This document shows, in pieces, positions 51,902-63,157 of a DNA stretch of 64,000 bases; position 1 is the first letter of the stretch, and the number at the start of each line of letters is the position of its first letter. A program made the position numbers and the translations under genes. A model generated the notes under the pieces. It made no database searches and had not been told where the DNA came from. It saw nothing but the letters and a program-made list of their open reading frames with translations. Source of the DNA: Gammaproteobacteria bacterium (lineage in GTDB: Bacteria > Pseudomonadota > Gammaproteobacteria > SZUA-152); NCBI GenBank assembly GCA_013152545.1, contig JAADGF010000020.1, positions 302 through 64,301 of the forward strand. Reading direction: 5' to 3'.

Positions 51902-52135
51902 TCATCCTTCGCCTCTTTTTTCAGTATTACTTTCAGTGCAAGTACCATCGTCAGCATCTAGCCTCTGACTTTTCATCCACTGGTCGATCTCGTCTCGGTC
52001 AAAGCGCCATTGCGACGCGACCTTGGATGCCGGAACATCCCCATCCTGCGCCATCCGGTACAGTTTACTGCGGCTGAGTTTCAAGTATCCAGCTAATTCA
52101 TCAACGGTGAGCCATCTATCGGTTCTCATCATCAC
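51902..52135 (-). CDS. excisionase-family HTH DNA-binding protein (MerR-superfamily, AlpA/Xis-like)
   Basis: 77 aa. WLTVDELAGYLKLSRSKLYRMAQDGDVPASKV is the TIGR01764-type HTH. Confidence 0.6.
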   Translation of the reverse strand: MMMRTDRWLTVDELAGYLKLSRSKLYRMAQDGDVPASKVASQWRFDRDEIDQWMKSQRLDADDGTCTESNTEKRGEG

Positions 52136-53493
52136 CTCTCCACAAGGGAAGTATAAATAGACAAAGCGAATGCCAGTAAATACTAGCGAATGCTAGCGGT
52201 TATCAATGTATGATAATGAATACTGATAACATTATCAATGCTGTCTCCATAAATCGCATTGAATCAGTCAAATTCACATTTCGATTGCACTGACTGATAT
52301 TTTTAGTTTAATCGTAGCGACTCTATTCACCCATTAAGTGAATATTTTAACGACAAGGCAGTTATACAATATTCTGTTATTTCAAAAAATTGCTTCTATC
52401 TATGTCTAATTGCAGTTGTTTAATTTAGGATAAACTCAAAATAACCACAGACAAATACGCTTAAAATTCAATCAAATATAACCAGCATTAGGAAATTCAA
52501 CCTAACACATCAATTTAATTGCCTCTACCTCTAGGGGAGGAGCCTGTCCGGAGATATAGAAAGCCTACTGCGAAAACGCCATATTGGCCCATTTTTATAA
52601 TCACTGCGTTAAATAGGCTCAATATTCGCCTCAAATGCCAAAAGTCGGTGCCCGATGCAATCGAAAAATTGGACTCAAAATGGCATTCCCTCACGACGGC
52701 AGCTATTCTCAGACAGCCCCCTAGAGCCCCTATGATATTGAAAATAAATAATTTTAAGTTGACATCGATGATTATATTGAGAGAATCACATGGTAATTTT
52801 CATATGGGTCAAACATTTTCTACGGGCCTAGCACAGCAAAAATAGTGCATCTAGTAAGAGGAAAAAACCAAATTCGGCCTGACCATTTGATCATGCATTA
52901 ACAACGCAAAGACGACAACCAAACTTAGAACAACCACCCGAGCCTGTTAAAACATTAATTGATGAATCGATTAATGCGCAAGCATTATTTGCTATTGAAA
53001 CAAATACTCAGTGTGGCCACTGCGCCTCTATTCGGGGAGGATACTAAAAATGAAAAAGACGTGCTGATGGCAATGCTAACGATATTACCTCAGATTCTCG
53101 CCGTGATATATTTCTTCATTGCGTCCTATTTTTCTGACAATAAATAACTATTATCATCAGCAACACCGCGAACATTTTCCGGCAATAAAACCAATAGCAC
53201 CCAAACAACGATCAACACCCGTAAAATGGCTAAGGCAAAAAAAATGTGATTGGTGAGTATTATCACCCCAACAAAAACATAACGTTTATCTCAACGAACA
53301 GTGGTATTTTTTCACATTTTTATGGTGTTAATCTTCACAGGCAACAACTTTTCATCTACCTATTATTTGCATTATTAGAGAGATACTGAATTTTGAACAC
53401 ATTAAAGCAAGATAAAAAATAAAGTTACAATATCATGTTAGAAAATAACACTTATAGCAACAATACCAGCGGTGATGCGAATATACCGTAAGC

Positions 53494-53694
53494 TATAAAA
53501 AACAGGAAAATACCGCAGCACACATAAAACGGCAACTGATTCTGCAAAAACTCTGGTGACCGTCGTCTATGCATTACAGGCATCTTCATTTTTGCTTGGA
53601 ATTACCCTGTTTATCGCTATTATTAATTATGTGAAAAAAGAAGAAGTACAAGGCACTTGGCTGGAGTCACATTTTCGCTGGCAGGTACGCACCT
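53494..53694 (+). pseudogene. remnant of a small inner-membrane protein gene: no start codon, in-frame TGA in place of a Trp codon
   Basis: The frame reads ...TLVTVVYALQASSFLLGITLFIAIINYVKKEEVQGTWLESHFRWQVRTF*FGLLYLAR. Hydrophobic sense continues past the TGA. No ATG/GTG start exists after the upstream TAA. Confidence 0.45.
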
Positions 53695-53796
53695 TTTGAT
53701 TTGGCTTATTGTATTTAGCTAGGTTAACACCTAACACTAAATATCAAACGCGATGAGTATAGCTCTATCACAGGAGCATAAATCACAGCACCGCAA

Positions 53797-54471
53797 TCAC
53801 AAAGTACTGATTGCAGGGTCATCAATACCGACATCACTGAAGCCATCCACCCGAATTCTGCATGAATCACATACTCCGCAAGCCTGCCCCTGGGCGTCTG
53901 GATTATAACAAGAAACTGTTAACGAATAATCCACGCCCAAAGCAATGCCCTTGCGAATAATGTCTGCCTTACTCAGGTGAATCAGCGGTGTTTCAATTTT
54001 AAAAGCATTTTTCTCGACACCCAGCTTTGTCGCCAAATTAGCTGTTTTTTCAAACGCTTTAATAAATTTCGGTCGGCAATCAGGATAACCAGAATAATCT
54101 ACAGCATTGACACCAATAAAAATATGATGGGCATTTAACACTTCGGCCCAGCCTAAGGCCAAAGAAAGAAATACTGTATTTCTGGCGGGCACATAGGTAA
54201 CAGGAATACCGTCACTGGGTTTGTCTGGCACCGCGACGCACGGATCGGTTAAAGCCGAACCCGTAATCCCGGCCAGATCCAGTTTAATCACTTTGTATTG
54301 TTCGACACCCAACTGTGCAGCAATTTTTTTAGCCGCGCTCAGTTCATAAATATGACGCTGACTGTAGTCAAAACTGAGAGCATAGCAAGCATGTCCTTGT
54401 GACCTGGCAATTGCCAATGTTGTGGCTGAATCAAGCCCTCCTGACACTAAAACCACCGCTTTACTATTCAT
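53797..54471 (-). CDS. queC: 7-cyano-7-deazaguanine synthase
   Basis: PP-loop [10 protein letters not shown]-terminal Zn-binding cluster CGVCDSC. Confidence 0.9.
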   Translation of the reverse strand: MNSKAVVLVSGGLDSATTLAIARSQGHACYALSFDYSQRHIYELSAAKKIAAQLGVEQYKVIKLDLAGITGSALTDPCVAVPDKPSDGIPVTYVPARNTVFLSLALGWAEVLNAHHIFIGVNAVDYSGYPDCRPKFIKAFEKTANLATKLGVEKNAFKIETPLIHLSKADIIRKGIALGVDYSLTVSCYNPDAQGQACGVCDSCRIRVDGFSDVGIDDPAISTL

Positions 54472-55160
54472 CGGCCTGGCTCATCCCCCCAGAGAATTTT
54501 ATGTAATTGCAGTTGATAGCGAACTGGCAAATTATCCCGTAATATCCAGTCTGCCAACTGGGTGGCATTTTGCTGGCCATAGCTGGGGGAAAATAATACT
54601 TCGCATGTTTCAGCTAAGCCATAATTAACGAGTTGCTCACTAGCCCATTGATAGTCTTTCTCATTACAGATAACAAATTTAACTTGGTCCTGCTGTTTGA
54701 GATAATTCAGGTTTTCTAAGTTATTGCGTATCTGCTCACCAGAGCCGGGTGTCTTTAAATCCATTACGGTAACAACGCGGGAATCCACTTTTGAGAGATC
54801 CATGGCACCACTCGTTTCCAGCGAAACCTGATAGCCCCGGTCACACAATGCGGCTAACAAGCTCAAACATAAACTTTGCGCCAAGGGTTCTCCTCCCGTT
54901 ACAGTAATAAGTTCAGTGTTGTAAACATCGGTTTTTTCAAGAATAGTCGCTATGCTCATCCACTCTCCACCGTTAAAAGCATAGGCAGTGTCACAATACT
55001 GGCAACGCAAGGGGCAACCCGTCAAGCGGATAAAGACAGTTGGCAAGCCTACGGTGCGAGATTCACCTTGCAGTGAATAAAAAATTTCAGTGACTCGCAA
55101 CGCTTTCCTATCCCATCGGTGAGATTCGGCTAAGACGCCCTTATTGGTGTTTGCTGTCAT
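54468..55160 (-). CDS. queE: 7-carboxy-7-deazaguanine synthase (radical SAM)
   Basis: CxxxCxxC-type radical SAM motif [10 protein letters not shown]. 4-nt overlap with queC. Confidence 0.85.
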   Translation of the reverse strand: MTANTNKGVLAESHRWDRKALRVTEIFYSLQGESRTVGLPTVFIRLTGCPLRCQYCDTAYAFNGGEWMSIATILEKTDVYNTELITVTGGEPLAQSLCLSLLAALCDRGYQVSLETSGAMDLSKVDSRVVTVMDLKTPGSGEQIRNNLENLNYLKQQDQVKFVICNEKDYQWASEQLVNYGLAETCEVLFSPSYGQQNATQLADWILRDNLPVRYQLQLHKILWGDEPGR

Positions 55161-55348
55161 AAGCTAGGATTTTCGGCCTGTTGCTGCTTAACACAACGGC
55201 TTCAATGGTTTTCTTTCCAGTTTGGTTTTTGAGTAACAGGTATTAAATACCATATATTAAGTAACAACGGATATGCCAGATTCTTTACAATGGAGGATTG
55301 GTGCAGAGGAGGACGCTGCGGATACAAAACCCGCCTTCGTATCAACAG

Positions 55349-56263
55349 TTATCGGTCGCTATTGAAACGCTGTATGCGTTTCTTGGCAAGTCTTGCTGCT
55401 GTGGAGTTTGGAAACAATTTAACAAGGGTGTTCAAGGTCTGTAGAGCAGATCGCTTGTCGCCCAGTTCACCATAAGTGTATCCCATTTTCAATAAAGCAT
55501 CGGCGCGTTTCGGCGAATTTGGATATTGATCAATGACTTTCTTAAATTCACTCAATGCCACTTTAAACTTGCGTGTTGCGTAATTAGCCTCACCCAACCA
55601 ATATTGCGCATTGTCAGCGTATGATGCATTAGGATACGTCTCCAGAAAAGCGTCAAACAGTGATATAGCCAATTTATAACGCCCCTGTTTAAGCATGTTA
55701 AATGCTCTTTCGTAGGCAGACCGGGCTACATTCTGATCCACTTGAGCTATAGGATTGATATCAACCACCTGAGGCTGCACCGAATTGGAATCACCATGCC
55801 CGGAAACAATGCCAGTGGCTGGCACTACCGACACTGACGACATATCATCGACGCCTCCCGCTGCACCGGCACCATTAGACAGAACCTGCTCCAGCTTGCG
55901 AATCCGGTTATCCAGGTCTGAATACACATCGCGTTGACGTTTTTGCATCCCTTTCAATTCATGGGATTGCACTTCAACATTGCCCACTAAGCGCTGTACT
56001 TCCATCTGCAAACTATCGACACGTTTAATCAACTCGATAAGACCTTGGTTGTCGAATCGATTTTCTAAGCGCTTAATGCGTTGCTGCATTTCTTTAATTG
56101 TCGAACCTTGTGCGGTAGCATCAATTACGGGGGCAGGTGCCGCAAAGACTCCAGTCACAGTGCTGCCAATACCACTAAGGATTAATGCCAACAAGAATAG
56201 AAATAAAAACACTACACCAGTCTGTTGTATAGTAGACTTGGTGCAGCGAAATAATTCAAACAT
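55349..56263 (-). CDS. cpoB: Tol-Pal system protein CpoB/YbgF (coiled-coil plus TPR)
   Basis: Signal peptide, a coiled-coil region (QQRIKRLENR...), and C-terminal TPR repeats. Follows pal. Confidence 0.8.
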   Translation of the reverse strand: MFELFRCTKSTIQQTGVVFLFLFLLALILSGIGSTVTGVFAAPAPVIDATAQGSTIKEMQQRIKRLENRFDNQGLIELIKRVDSLQMEVQRLVGNVEVQSHELKGMQKRQRDVYSDLDNRIRKLEQVLSNGAGAAGGVDDMSSVSVVPATGIVSGHGDSNSVQPQVVDINPIAQVDQNVARSAYERAFNMLKQGRYKLAISLFDAFLETYPNASYADNAQYWLGEANYATRKFKVALSEFKKVIDQYPNSPKRADALLKMGYTYGELGDKRSALQTLNTLVKLFPNSTAARLAKKRIQRFNSDR

Positions 56264-56410
56264 GGTTTAACTCTGGGCAGTTCAATTCAGGGCAGTTCAA
56301 TTCAGAACCGTTTAAAGCTGTACAATAAAAACAACCGTTAATGCGGCCAGCTCACCCGGTTATTCAAACACAGAGAACACCAGGAACCACCGCATTAACG
56401 CAGAGACTTT

Positions 56411-56990
56411 TTAGCGTAAGTACATTAACTCTGAACGCCGGTTTAAGCTCCAGGCATCTTCATTATGACCTAACGCCGCAGGACGCTCTTCACCATAACT
56501 AACAACCTTAATTTGGTTGCCCGGCACACCATTCGCCATCAATAAGCGGCGAACTGAATCGGCTCGACGCTCACCCAACGCAATATTATATTCCCGTGTG
56601 CCCCTTTCATCCGCATGACCTTCCAACGTGATAAGCATGGGATTACTTGCCAGATATTGAGCGTGAGCCTGAATTAAGGGCAAGGCATCATCCCTGATCA
56701 CGCTGCTGTCAAATTCGAAGTAAACAACCCGCTGAGCAAGCAGACCTTCTTCCAGCGGATCCCGTAGCGGTTCAGGCTCTGGCTCAGGCTCCATCATCGG
56801 CATCGCATCGGCAGAACCGGATGACGCGCCACTTGCATTTGCCCCGTCGTCACTATCCGCTGCGGCACCGCCACCAGCAACCGCCTGCGCTTGCTCCTGC
56901 TCCGCTTCACCTGTGGTGCCACATGCTGATAGCAAGAGTATCGCGGGCAATAATAATAATGCTGGCGAAAACTTGGTTAAGAATTTCATC
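56411..56990 (-). CDS. pal: peptidoglycan-associated lipoprotein
   Basis: Lipobox LLSAC and a C-terminal OmpA-like domain (NRRSEL). Confidence 0.85.
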
Positions 56991-56999
56991 TTTAACTCC

Positions 57000-58340
57000 T
57001 TATTTATTGTTAATTGGTGACCAAGCCGGTTCCCGGACTTCGTCTTCATAAGCCAAAACCTGATGCACACTCCCATCGACGGAAACGGCAGCCAGCTGAC
57101 CCAAATTACCTTTAGTTGTCGCGTAAATCACCATACTGCCGTTTGGCGCAAAACTGGGAGATTCATCCAGTGTACCATCGGTTAATACATTAAGATGTCC
57201 CGTGGCTAATTCCATTACAGCGATTGTGTATTTACCATTATCACGGTGCACCATTGCAATCCGTTTACCGTCTGGCGACACATCGGCCCTGGCGTTTTCC
57301 GTTCCTTCAAACGTTAGCCGTGTTACACGTCCGCCGTCAACTGAAATTTTATACAATTGCGGCTGACCACCACGGTCAGACGTAAAAATAATCGATGCGC
57401 CGTCCGGCGTCCAAACAGGCTCGGTGTCAATGGCCCAATGTCGGGTCACCTGCCGTAAGCGCTTGTTTGCCAAGTTTATGACATATATTTCCGCGTTACC
57501 ATGCCTAACACTGGTAAACGCCAATTTTTTTCCATCGGGCGACCAGTCCGGCGCGCCCTTCAAGCCCTTTAGGTCGATTGAAACCTCATTACGACGGCCA
57601 TTTGCCCATTCCTGAATATAAATACGCTGTTCACCAGCATTTTCCAGAGAAGAATAGGCCAACTTTAATCCATCAGGCGACCATTTGGGCGATATGATAG
57701 GATATTTTGACTTTAATAAATTTTGTTCATTATGGCCATCGGCATCTGCCATCCAAAGCGAAAATGGTTCTTTAGCACCCCTTTTTTTCGTAACATAGGC
57801 AATCCGGGTAGAAAATGCCCCTGGTTCACCGGTTAGTTCTTGATAGATAATATCACTAATTTTATGTGCGGCGGCCCGAAAATCAGTTTGACTGCCCGAG
57901 ACATTAAAGGCCAAAATTTGCTTTGCCTTGTAAACATCGAATAACCAAAAACTAATTTTGTAACGGTCGGCACCCAAGTATTGAACATTACCAAGAACCA
58001 GGGCCTCTCTTGCCAAAATGCGCCAATTTTGAAAATTCACGTTACCCGGCTCGGTGGGCTTAGCCAACATGTCTTTTTCGGCTAGGGCCCCAAAACGACC
58101 AGTACGACTCAGATCGGCAGAAATGATGGCGGCAATATCTTCGGGAGGTTTCCGAGCACCCGTTACCCCAAAAGGCACAATCGCAATGGGCAGAGCCTCT
58201 TCCACACCTTGCGTGATTTCTATGGTCAAAGGGGCTGCATTAGCGATTAGCGCGCCGCCCAATAACACGCCCGCGATCAGTGATTGCAACAAAGCTTTAA
58301 TACACACATTAATTTCTCTTTTTGATAAATCAACTAACAA
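57000..58340 (-). CDS. tolB: Tol-Pal system beta-propeller protein TolB
   Basis: Signal peptide. Repeated WSPDG/DG beta-propeller blades. The exact start is uncertain. Confidence 0.85.
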   Translation of the reverse strand: MLVDLSKREINVCIKALLQSLIAGVLLGGALIANAAPLTIEITQGVEEALPIAIVPFGVTGARKPPEDIAAIISADLSRTGRFGALAEKDMLAKPTEPGNVNFQNWRILAREALVLGNVQYLGADRYKISFWLFDVYKAKQILAFNVSGSQTDFRAAAHKISDIIYQELTGEPGAFSTRIAYVTKKRGAKEPFSLWMADADGHNEQNLLKSKYPIISPKWSPDGLKLAYSSLENAGEQRIYIQEWANGRRNEVSIDLKGLKGAPDWSPDGKKLAFTSVRHGNAEIYVINLANKRLRQVTRHWAIDTEPVWTPDGASIIFTSDRGGQPQLYKISVDGGRVTRLTFEGTENARADVSPDGKRIAMVHRDNGKYTIAVMELATGHLNVLTDGTLDESPSFAPNGSMVIYATTKGNLGQLAAVSVDGSVHQVLAYEDEVREPAWSPINNK

Positions 58341-58422
58341 ACTCAGGGATCACTTCACAGATACCCTAACTTAACGAACATACAGGCCCACTGGCACCGT
58401 CTTGAAAACACCAAACACCTCG

Positions 58423-59487
58423 CTATGTTTTTGGTTTAAAAACAAATTTAACATCACGAAAACGTTCAAACAAATTCGGGTCAGGAGGCACAGGCAAAGG
58501 TACTGCCTTGTAAACAGCTTTTTCCACCGAACTATCGAATATGCCATCACCACTACTTTTTACAATTTCCACATGTGCCACATCACCACCGGGAATAAGA
58601 CGCACAAATACTGTGCATGACAAACCCTGTTTTGCAGTAGAAGGCTTACGCCAATTGCGCTCCACTTTCTGTTGAATCAAAGCAATGTATTGCCGAATAG
58701 TAGATTGCGTTTGCTTATTCCGTTCTTCGGTAATTTGTGCCTCTTCCTCAGCAAACTCCGCCTGCCGACGTGCATCCTCTTCAGCGGCCATTTCCGCTAA
58801 GCGACTTTTTTCTTCTGCTGCACGACGCGCCTCTTCCTGTTTAATGCGTTTTTTCTCTGCCGCTTCACGTCGTTTTTTCTCTGCGACCGCTATACGCCGT
58901 TTTTCCTCTTCGATTTTACGCTGTCGCGCCTTTTCTTCCAGGCGTTTTTGCTCCTCACGTGTTTTTGCAAGCTGTTTTTCTTCCGCTTCTCGTGTTTTGG
59001 TGAGTTCCTGTTGACGCTTTACTTCAGCTTCACGTTTAATTTCCAGTTCCTGAAGACGTTTTTCTTCAACAATACGTTTTTTTTCTTTTTCAAGCTTCTG
59101 CTTTTCGAGCTTTGCCAACTCTTCCAATCTGTGTTTTTTCTCTTGTGCTAGCTTTTGTTTTTCGAGCTTACGTATTTGCTCCAGTTCCGCAATACGTTTT
59201 TCCTCCTGTACACGTTGTTGACGCGCCTTGTCTGCCTCCTTTTCCAACTTCTGTTGCCGCTCTTTTTCTTTTTTTATACGCCTTTGCTCAGCTTTTTTCA
59301 GTTTTTCAAGCTGAGCCTTTATGGCGGACTCTTCCACCGCCACCGCTTTGACGATATTAACCTTAGGCTGAGGCGTTTCCGTCTCAGAATTCCAATCGAG
59401 ATTCATTGTCAACAAGGCAAACAATATTGCATGTACCAACAATGCATAAACAACCGGCATGGAATTTTTAAAAAATGTCTCTAACAC
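58423..59487 (-). CDS. tolA: TolA (N-terminal TM anchor, long Lys/Glu/Ala-rich helical domain II, C-terminal TolA domain)
   Basis: Domain organisation as stated. The low-complexity (EKKR/QEL)n region explains the repetitive DNA at about 58.7-59.3 kb. Confidence 0.8.
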   Translation of the reverse strand: MLETFFKNSMPVVYALLVHAILFALLTMNLDWNSETETPQPKVNIVKAVAVEESAIKAQLEKLKKAEQRRIKKEKERQQKLEKEADKARQQRVQEEKRIAELEQIRKLEKQKLAQEKKHRLEELAKLEKQKLEKEKKRIVEEKRLQELEIKREAEVKRQQELTKTREAEEKQLAKTREEQKRLEEKARQRKIEEEKRRIAVAEKKRREAAEKKRIKQEEARRAAEEKSRLAEMAAEEDARRQAEFAEEEAQITEERNKQTQSTIRQYIALIQQKVERNWRKPSTAKQGLSCTVFVRLIPGGDVAHVEIVKSSGDGIFDSSVEKAVYKAVPLPVPPDPNLFERFRDVKFVFKPKT

Positions 59488-59537
59488 TAATTAACTCGAT
59501 TTCAGCCGTATCGGATCTTTATATTGTGTTTACCGAA

Positions 59538-59987
59538 TTACTTTCCAGATTTGCGTGGGTTTTCTGCGGGCCGCGTAATTAAACCTACGCTGGGTGCACC
59601 AGCTTTTTGCAATAAGGTCATTGCAGTAACCACTTTTTCATATTGCACATTGGCATCACCACGAATCATCACTGGTGTCCCAGGTTTATGGCGTAACACA
59701 GCAGCAACCAAGGTCACCATTTTATTGTGATCCAACACGCCATCTGGATTTTCACCCACGTTGAGATAATAATTACCCTGCACATCCACTGAAACGATCA
59801 AAGGCTCCTGGATATCACCATCCATCGGTTCCGCCGCCGCCTGCGGTAAATCCACGTTGACCCCTTGGGTTAACAATGGTGCTGTAATCATAAATATCAC
59901 CAACAAAACCAGCATAACATCAATGTAAGGAACCACATTGATGTCGGCCATGGGTTTCTTGCGAATGCGACGTGGTACACTGGACAT
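59538..59987 (-). CDS. tolR: TolR (ExbD family)
   Basis: INVVPYIDVMLVLLVIFM anchor helix, 149 aa. Confidence 0.85.
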   Translation of the reverse strand: MSSVPRRIRKKPMADINVVPYIDVMLVLLVIFMITAPLLTQGVNVDLPQAAAEPMDGDIQEPLIVSVDVQGNYYLNVGENPDGVLDHNKMVTLVAAVLRHKPGTPVMIRGDANVQYEKVVTAMTLLQKAGAPSVGLITRPAENPRKSGK

Positions 59988-60661
59988 TAGCGGAAAGCCT
60001 GCCGATGTAAAATACTGGAAAACTCATCAATAAAGGTTTCATAACGCGAGATCAAGCGCTCTACATCCGTAGAGTATCGATTATAGCCGATCACCGCAGG
60101 AATCGCAGCAAATAAGCCCATCGCCGTCGCAATGAGCGCTTCGGCAATTCCCGGTGCCACCATCGCTAGCGTTGCTTGCTTAACATTACCCAAGGCTCGA
60201 AACGAATTCATGATTCCCCAAACTGTACCAAACAACCCCACATAAGGGCTGGTTGAACCCACAGTGGCAAGAAAGGGTAAGCTTGTTTCCAGGCGCTCTG
60301 TCTCCTTTGACATGGCGATACGCATAGCACGCTGGGAACCCTCAAGCACAGCTTTGTGATCAAGACTATCCTGTTTTCGTAACCGTGCATACTCTTTAAA
60401 CCCAGCTTCAAAAATCACCGCCAAACCAGAATTGACATAACGACCGGAGGTAACCTGATTGTACAGATTATTCAAATCACCGCCAGACCAAAATTTTTCT
60501 TCAAACTCACTGGCACCAATTTTTGCTTTTTTCATGACGCGCCACTTTGTAAAAATCATCGTCCACGACACGAACGACACAACAAGCAACAAGCCCATTA
60601 CAGCCTGCACCAACACACTGGCATTAACCACCAGGCTCATTATGGATAGATCGGTATTCAC
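59987..60661 (-). CDS. tolQ: TolQ (MotA/TolQ/ExbB proton channel)
   Basis: 3 TM helices, 224 aa. Adjacent to tolR with a 1-nt overlap. Confidence 0.85.
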   Translation of the reverse strand: MNTDLSIMSLVVNASVLVQAVMGLLLVVSFVSWTMIFTKWRVMKKAKIGASEFEEKFWSGGDLNNLYNQVTSGRYVNSGLAVIFEAGFKEYARLRKQDSLDHKAVLEGSQRAMRIAMSKETERLETSLPFLATVGSTSPYVGLFGTVWGIMNSFRALGNVKQATLAMVAPGIAEALIATAMGLFAAIPAVIGYNRYSTDVERLISRYETFIDEFSSILHRQAFR

Positions 60662-61113
60662 TAAAAAATCTCCCTGTTGATTTTCCCGGGGATGGGTTTT
60701 GGTCGTAAAGAATCAGCGGCGAGGCATGCCACTTTCACCTTGCCAACACAAAGTATGTTTTTTTGTATATTTTGTTGTCCATTTGCCTGAGCTGTTGTCT
60801 TAGTTACGGCCTGATCGAAACCTAAACTTGCCCCACCAATCCGAGTTATGGAGACACTGATTGCCAACAAATCATTAAATTTTGCAGGCTTGAAATAATC
60901 AAGCTGAACAGATCGCACCGCAAAAATAAGGCCATATTCCTTGGCAAATTCATCTTGCTCTATGCCAATGGAACGAAGCCATTCAGTACGCGCGCGCTCC
61001 ATGAATTTCAGATAATTCGCGTGGTATACAACCCCGGTGCTATCCGTATCCTCATAGTAGACTCGCATCGGTAAAATAAATTCCCTCAAACCAGAGGGGG
61101 TGTTTTCAATCAT
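60661..61113 (-). CDS. ybgC: tol-pal-associated acyl-CoA thioesterase YbgC (4HBT fold)
   Basis: YYEDTDSTGVVYHANYLKFMERAR is the hot-dog thioesterase motif. First gene of the tol cluster. Confidence 0.85.
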   Translation of the reverse strand: MIENTPSGLREFILPMRVYYEDTDSTGVVYHANYLKFMERARTEWLRSIGIEQDEFAKEYGLIFAVRSVQLDYFKPAKFNDLLAISVSITRIGGASLGFDQAVTKTTAQANGQQNIQKNILCVGKVKVACLAADSLRPKPIPGKINREIF

Positions 61114-61393
61114 TTTTGCAACCTGCCAACGCTCTTTCTCTTACCTCGCCAGGTGACGCGAGTGTCAATAAGCGGTCATCTGCGGGGGTTGTTGCACTCC
61201 TACGTTGAATGGAATACACTCCCGTAAATTCACACGGCCGGTCCTGCGGTCGCGCACGTCTAGTCTATTAAATACCACCCAGTAGATGATGACCACACCT
61301 CACCTTTCGAGAATCGACACTTGCTGCTTGATACAACGTTAAACAAACTCAACATGATATTTGTCTCGCCCCCCTAATCGCAGAAAGAGATAT

Positions 61394-62440
61394 CTACAGC
61401 TTGTCAAATAAATCACTGGCTTGCGACAGTTTGCTGACCGGCAGTTCCAACCCAAAATGTTGATACGCATGTCGCGTCGCTACACGTCCACGAGAGGTCC
61501 GCATCAAAAACCCCTGCTGTATCAAGAAGGGTTCTAATACATCCTCTATTGTACCGCGCTCCTCACTGATAGCCGCCGCTATGTTGTCAACACCGACGGG
61601 ACCACCATCAAATTTTTCGATGACAGCCAACAATAACTTGCGGTCCAATAAATCGAAGCCGTGAATATCCACATCTAACAAGTCCAATGCGCGCGCAGCA
61701 ATGTCGGTGCTAATACGACCATCTGCTTTCACTTCAGCAAAATCCCGTACCCGGCGTAATAAGCGATTAGCAATACGCGGAGTTCCACGTGAGCGCTTTG
61801 CAATTTCGGCTGCGCCCTTTTGCTCGATACTCACCTGCAATATTCTGGCAGAACGTTCAATGATTTTAGTTAACTCTGAATTTGAATAAAACTCCAGGCG
61901 TTGCACGATACCGAATCGATCCCGCAACGGGGACGTCAGCAAACCCGCTCTGGTGGTGGCCCCCACCAAGGTAAACGCAGGCAAATCCAATTTCACTGAT
62001 CGCGCCGCCGGCCCTTCACCAATCATGATATCCAGTTGGTAATCTTCCATCGCCGGATAAAGCACTTCTTCGATCATGGGGCTTAAGCGATGTATTTCAT
62101 CAACAAACAACACATCGCGGCTTTCCAAATTAGTCAATAACGCAGCCAAATCACCTGGCCTCTCTAAAACCGGCCCTGAAGTCTGCTTTAAATTGACACC
62201 CATTTCGCCAGCAATAATATGAGCCAGGGTTGTTTTACCTAAACCTGGCGGCCCAAAAATTAACGTATGATCCAACGCTTCGCCACGTTTTTTGGCGGCG
62301 GGTATAAAGATTTCCATTTGCTCACGCACACCAGGCTGCCCTACATATTCCGTCAGCGTTTTAGGACGAATAGCGCGGTCATGCACGTCGCCATCAGCAT
62401 CAATGCTACTAGCACTTATAAGACGATCAGCTTCTATCAT
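61394..62440 (-). CDS. ruvB: Holliday junction branch-migration helicase RuvB
   Basis: Walker [13 protein letters not shown]+ domain plus a winged-helix C-terminus. Confidence 0.95.
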   Translation of the reverse strand: MIEADRLISASSIDADGDVHDRAIRPKTLTEYVGQPGVREQMEIFIPAAKKRGEALDHTLIFGPPGLGKTTLAHIIAGEMGVNLKQTSGPVLERPGDLAALLTNLESRDVLFVDEIHRLSPMIEEVLYPAMEDYQLDIMIGEGPAARSVKLDLPAFTLVGATTRAGLLTSPLRDRFGIVQRLEFYSNSELTKIIERSARILQVSIEQKGAAEIAKRSRGTPRIANRLLRRVRDFAEVKADGRISTDIAARALDLLDVDIHGFDLLDRKLLLAVIEKFDGGPVGVDNIAAAISEERGTIEDVLEPFLIQQGFLMRTSRGRVATRHAYQHFGLELPVSKLSQASDLFDKL

Positions 62441-62508
62441 TTTCGAATTATTGCTTGCTGCGCATCATCGCATGTAACACGCCATATTAATTGACAGACA
62501 CACTTGAT

Positions 62509-63123
62509 TCAACCGGCCACTGACTGTAAAGCCTGACGAATAATTTCTTCACTGGCCAACCCGTGGCTATTGATCTTGCTGACCATACGACTGGCTTCCG
62601 GCGGCTTAAACCCCAATGCAATTAAAGCGCTCACCGCGTCTTTTATACCATCCACGGGCAAGTCTAAGTCTTCTCCCGCAGGCTGCATTATGGGCATATT
62701 TGGGGTTGCCTCCTGCTGCCACTCTTTAAGCCGGTCTCGCATTTCGATAATCAACCGTTCAGCGGTTTTTTTACCGACGCCCGGAATACGCGTCAAACTG
62801 TTGGCGTCGTTGTTCCGCACCGTGGTCACAAAATCATTGGCAGACATACCGGATAATAGTGCCAGCGCCAGTTTTCCACCAACACCGGATATTTTTATCA
62901 GGCTGCGAAACAAGGTGCGGTCTTTCTCAGCGACAAAACCAAATAATAATTGCGCATCTTCACGTACAATAAAGTGGGTATACAGGGTTACTTTGCTGCC
63001 CACTTGCGGTAGTTCGTAAAAAGTCGTCATTGGTGCATTTATTTCATACCCCACCCCGCCAACATCAAGCACCAGGCTCGGGGCTTTTTTCTCAACAATG
63101 ATACCTCGCAACCGACCAATCAT
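62509..63123 (-). CDS. ruvA: Holliday junction DNA helicase RuvA
   Basis: Starts MIGRLRGIIVEK. HhH motifs. The C-terminal domain III is present. Confidence 0.9.
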   Translation of the reverse strand: MIGRLRGIIVEKKAPSLVLDVGGVGYEINAPMTTFYELPQVGSKVTLYTHFIVREDAQLLFGFVAEKDRTLFRSLIKISGVGGKLALALLSGMSANDFVTTVRNNDANSLTRIPGVGKKTAERLIIEMRDRLKEWQQEATPNMPIMQPAGEDLDLPVDGIKDAVSALIALGFKPPEASRMVSKINSHGLASEEIIRQALQSVAG

Positions 63124-63157
63124 ATCGGCATCTTCCTTTGCCCGAAACCGATTGAGA

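Noticed and set aside
51840-51902. tRNA-like fragment (TTAGCTCATCTGG resembles a tRNA D-arm), a possible att site next to the excisionase-family gene
   Set aside because: I could not build an acceptor stem, an anticodon arm or a T-arm (GGTTCGAnTCC). It is probably a chance similarity.
58685-59351. Highly repetitive DNA with many short direct repeats, which could be mistaken for a CRISPR-like or VNTR array
   Set aside because: It encodes the Lys/Glu/Ala-rich helical domain II of TolA. The repeats are irregular codon-level repeats, not spacer-separated units.
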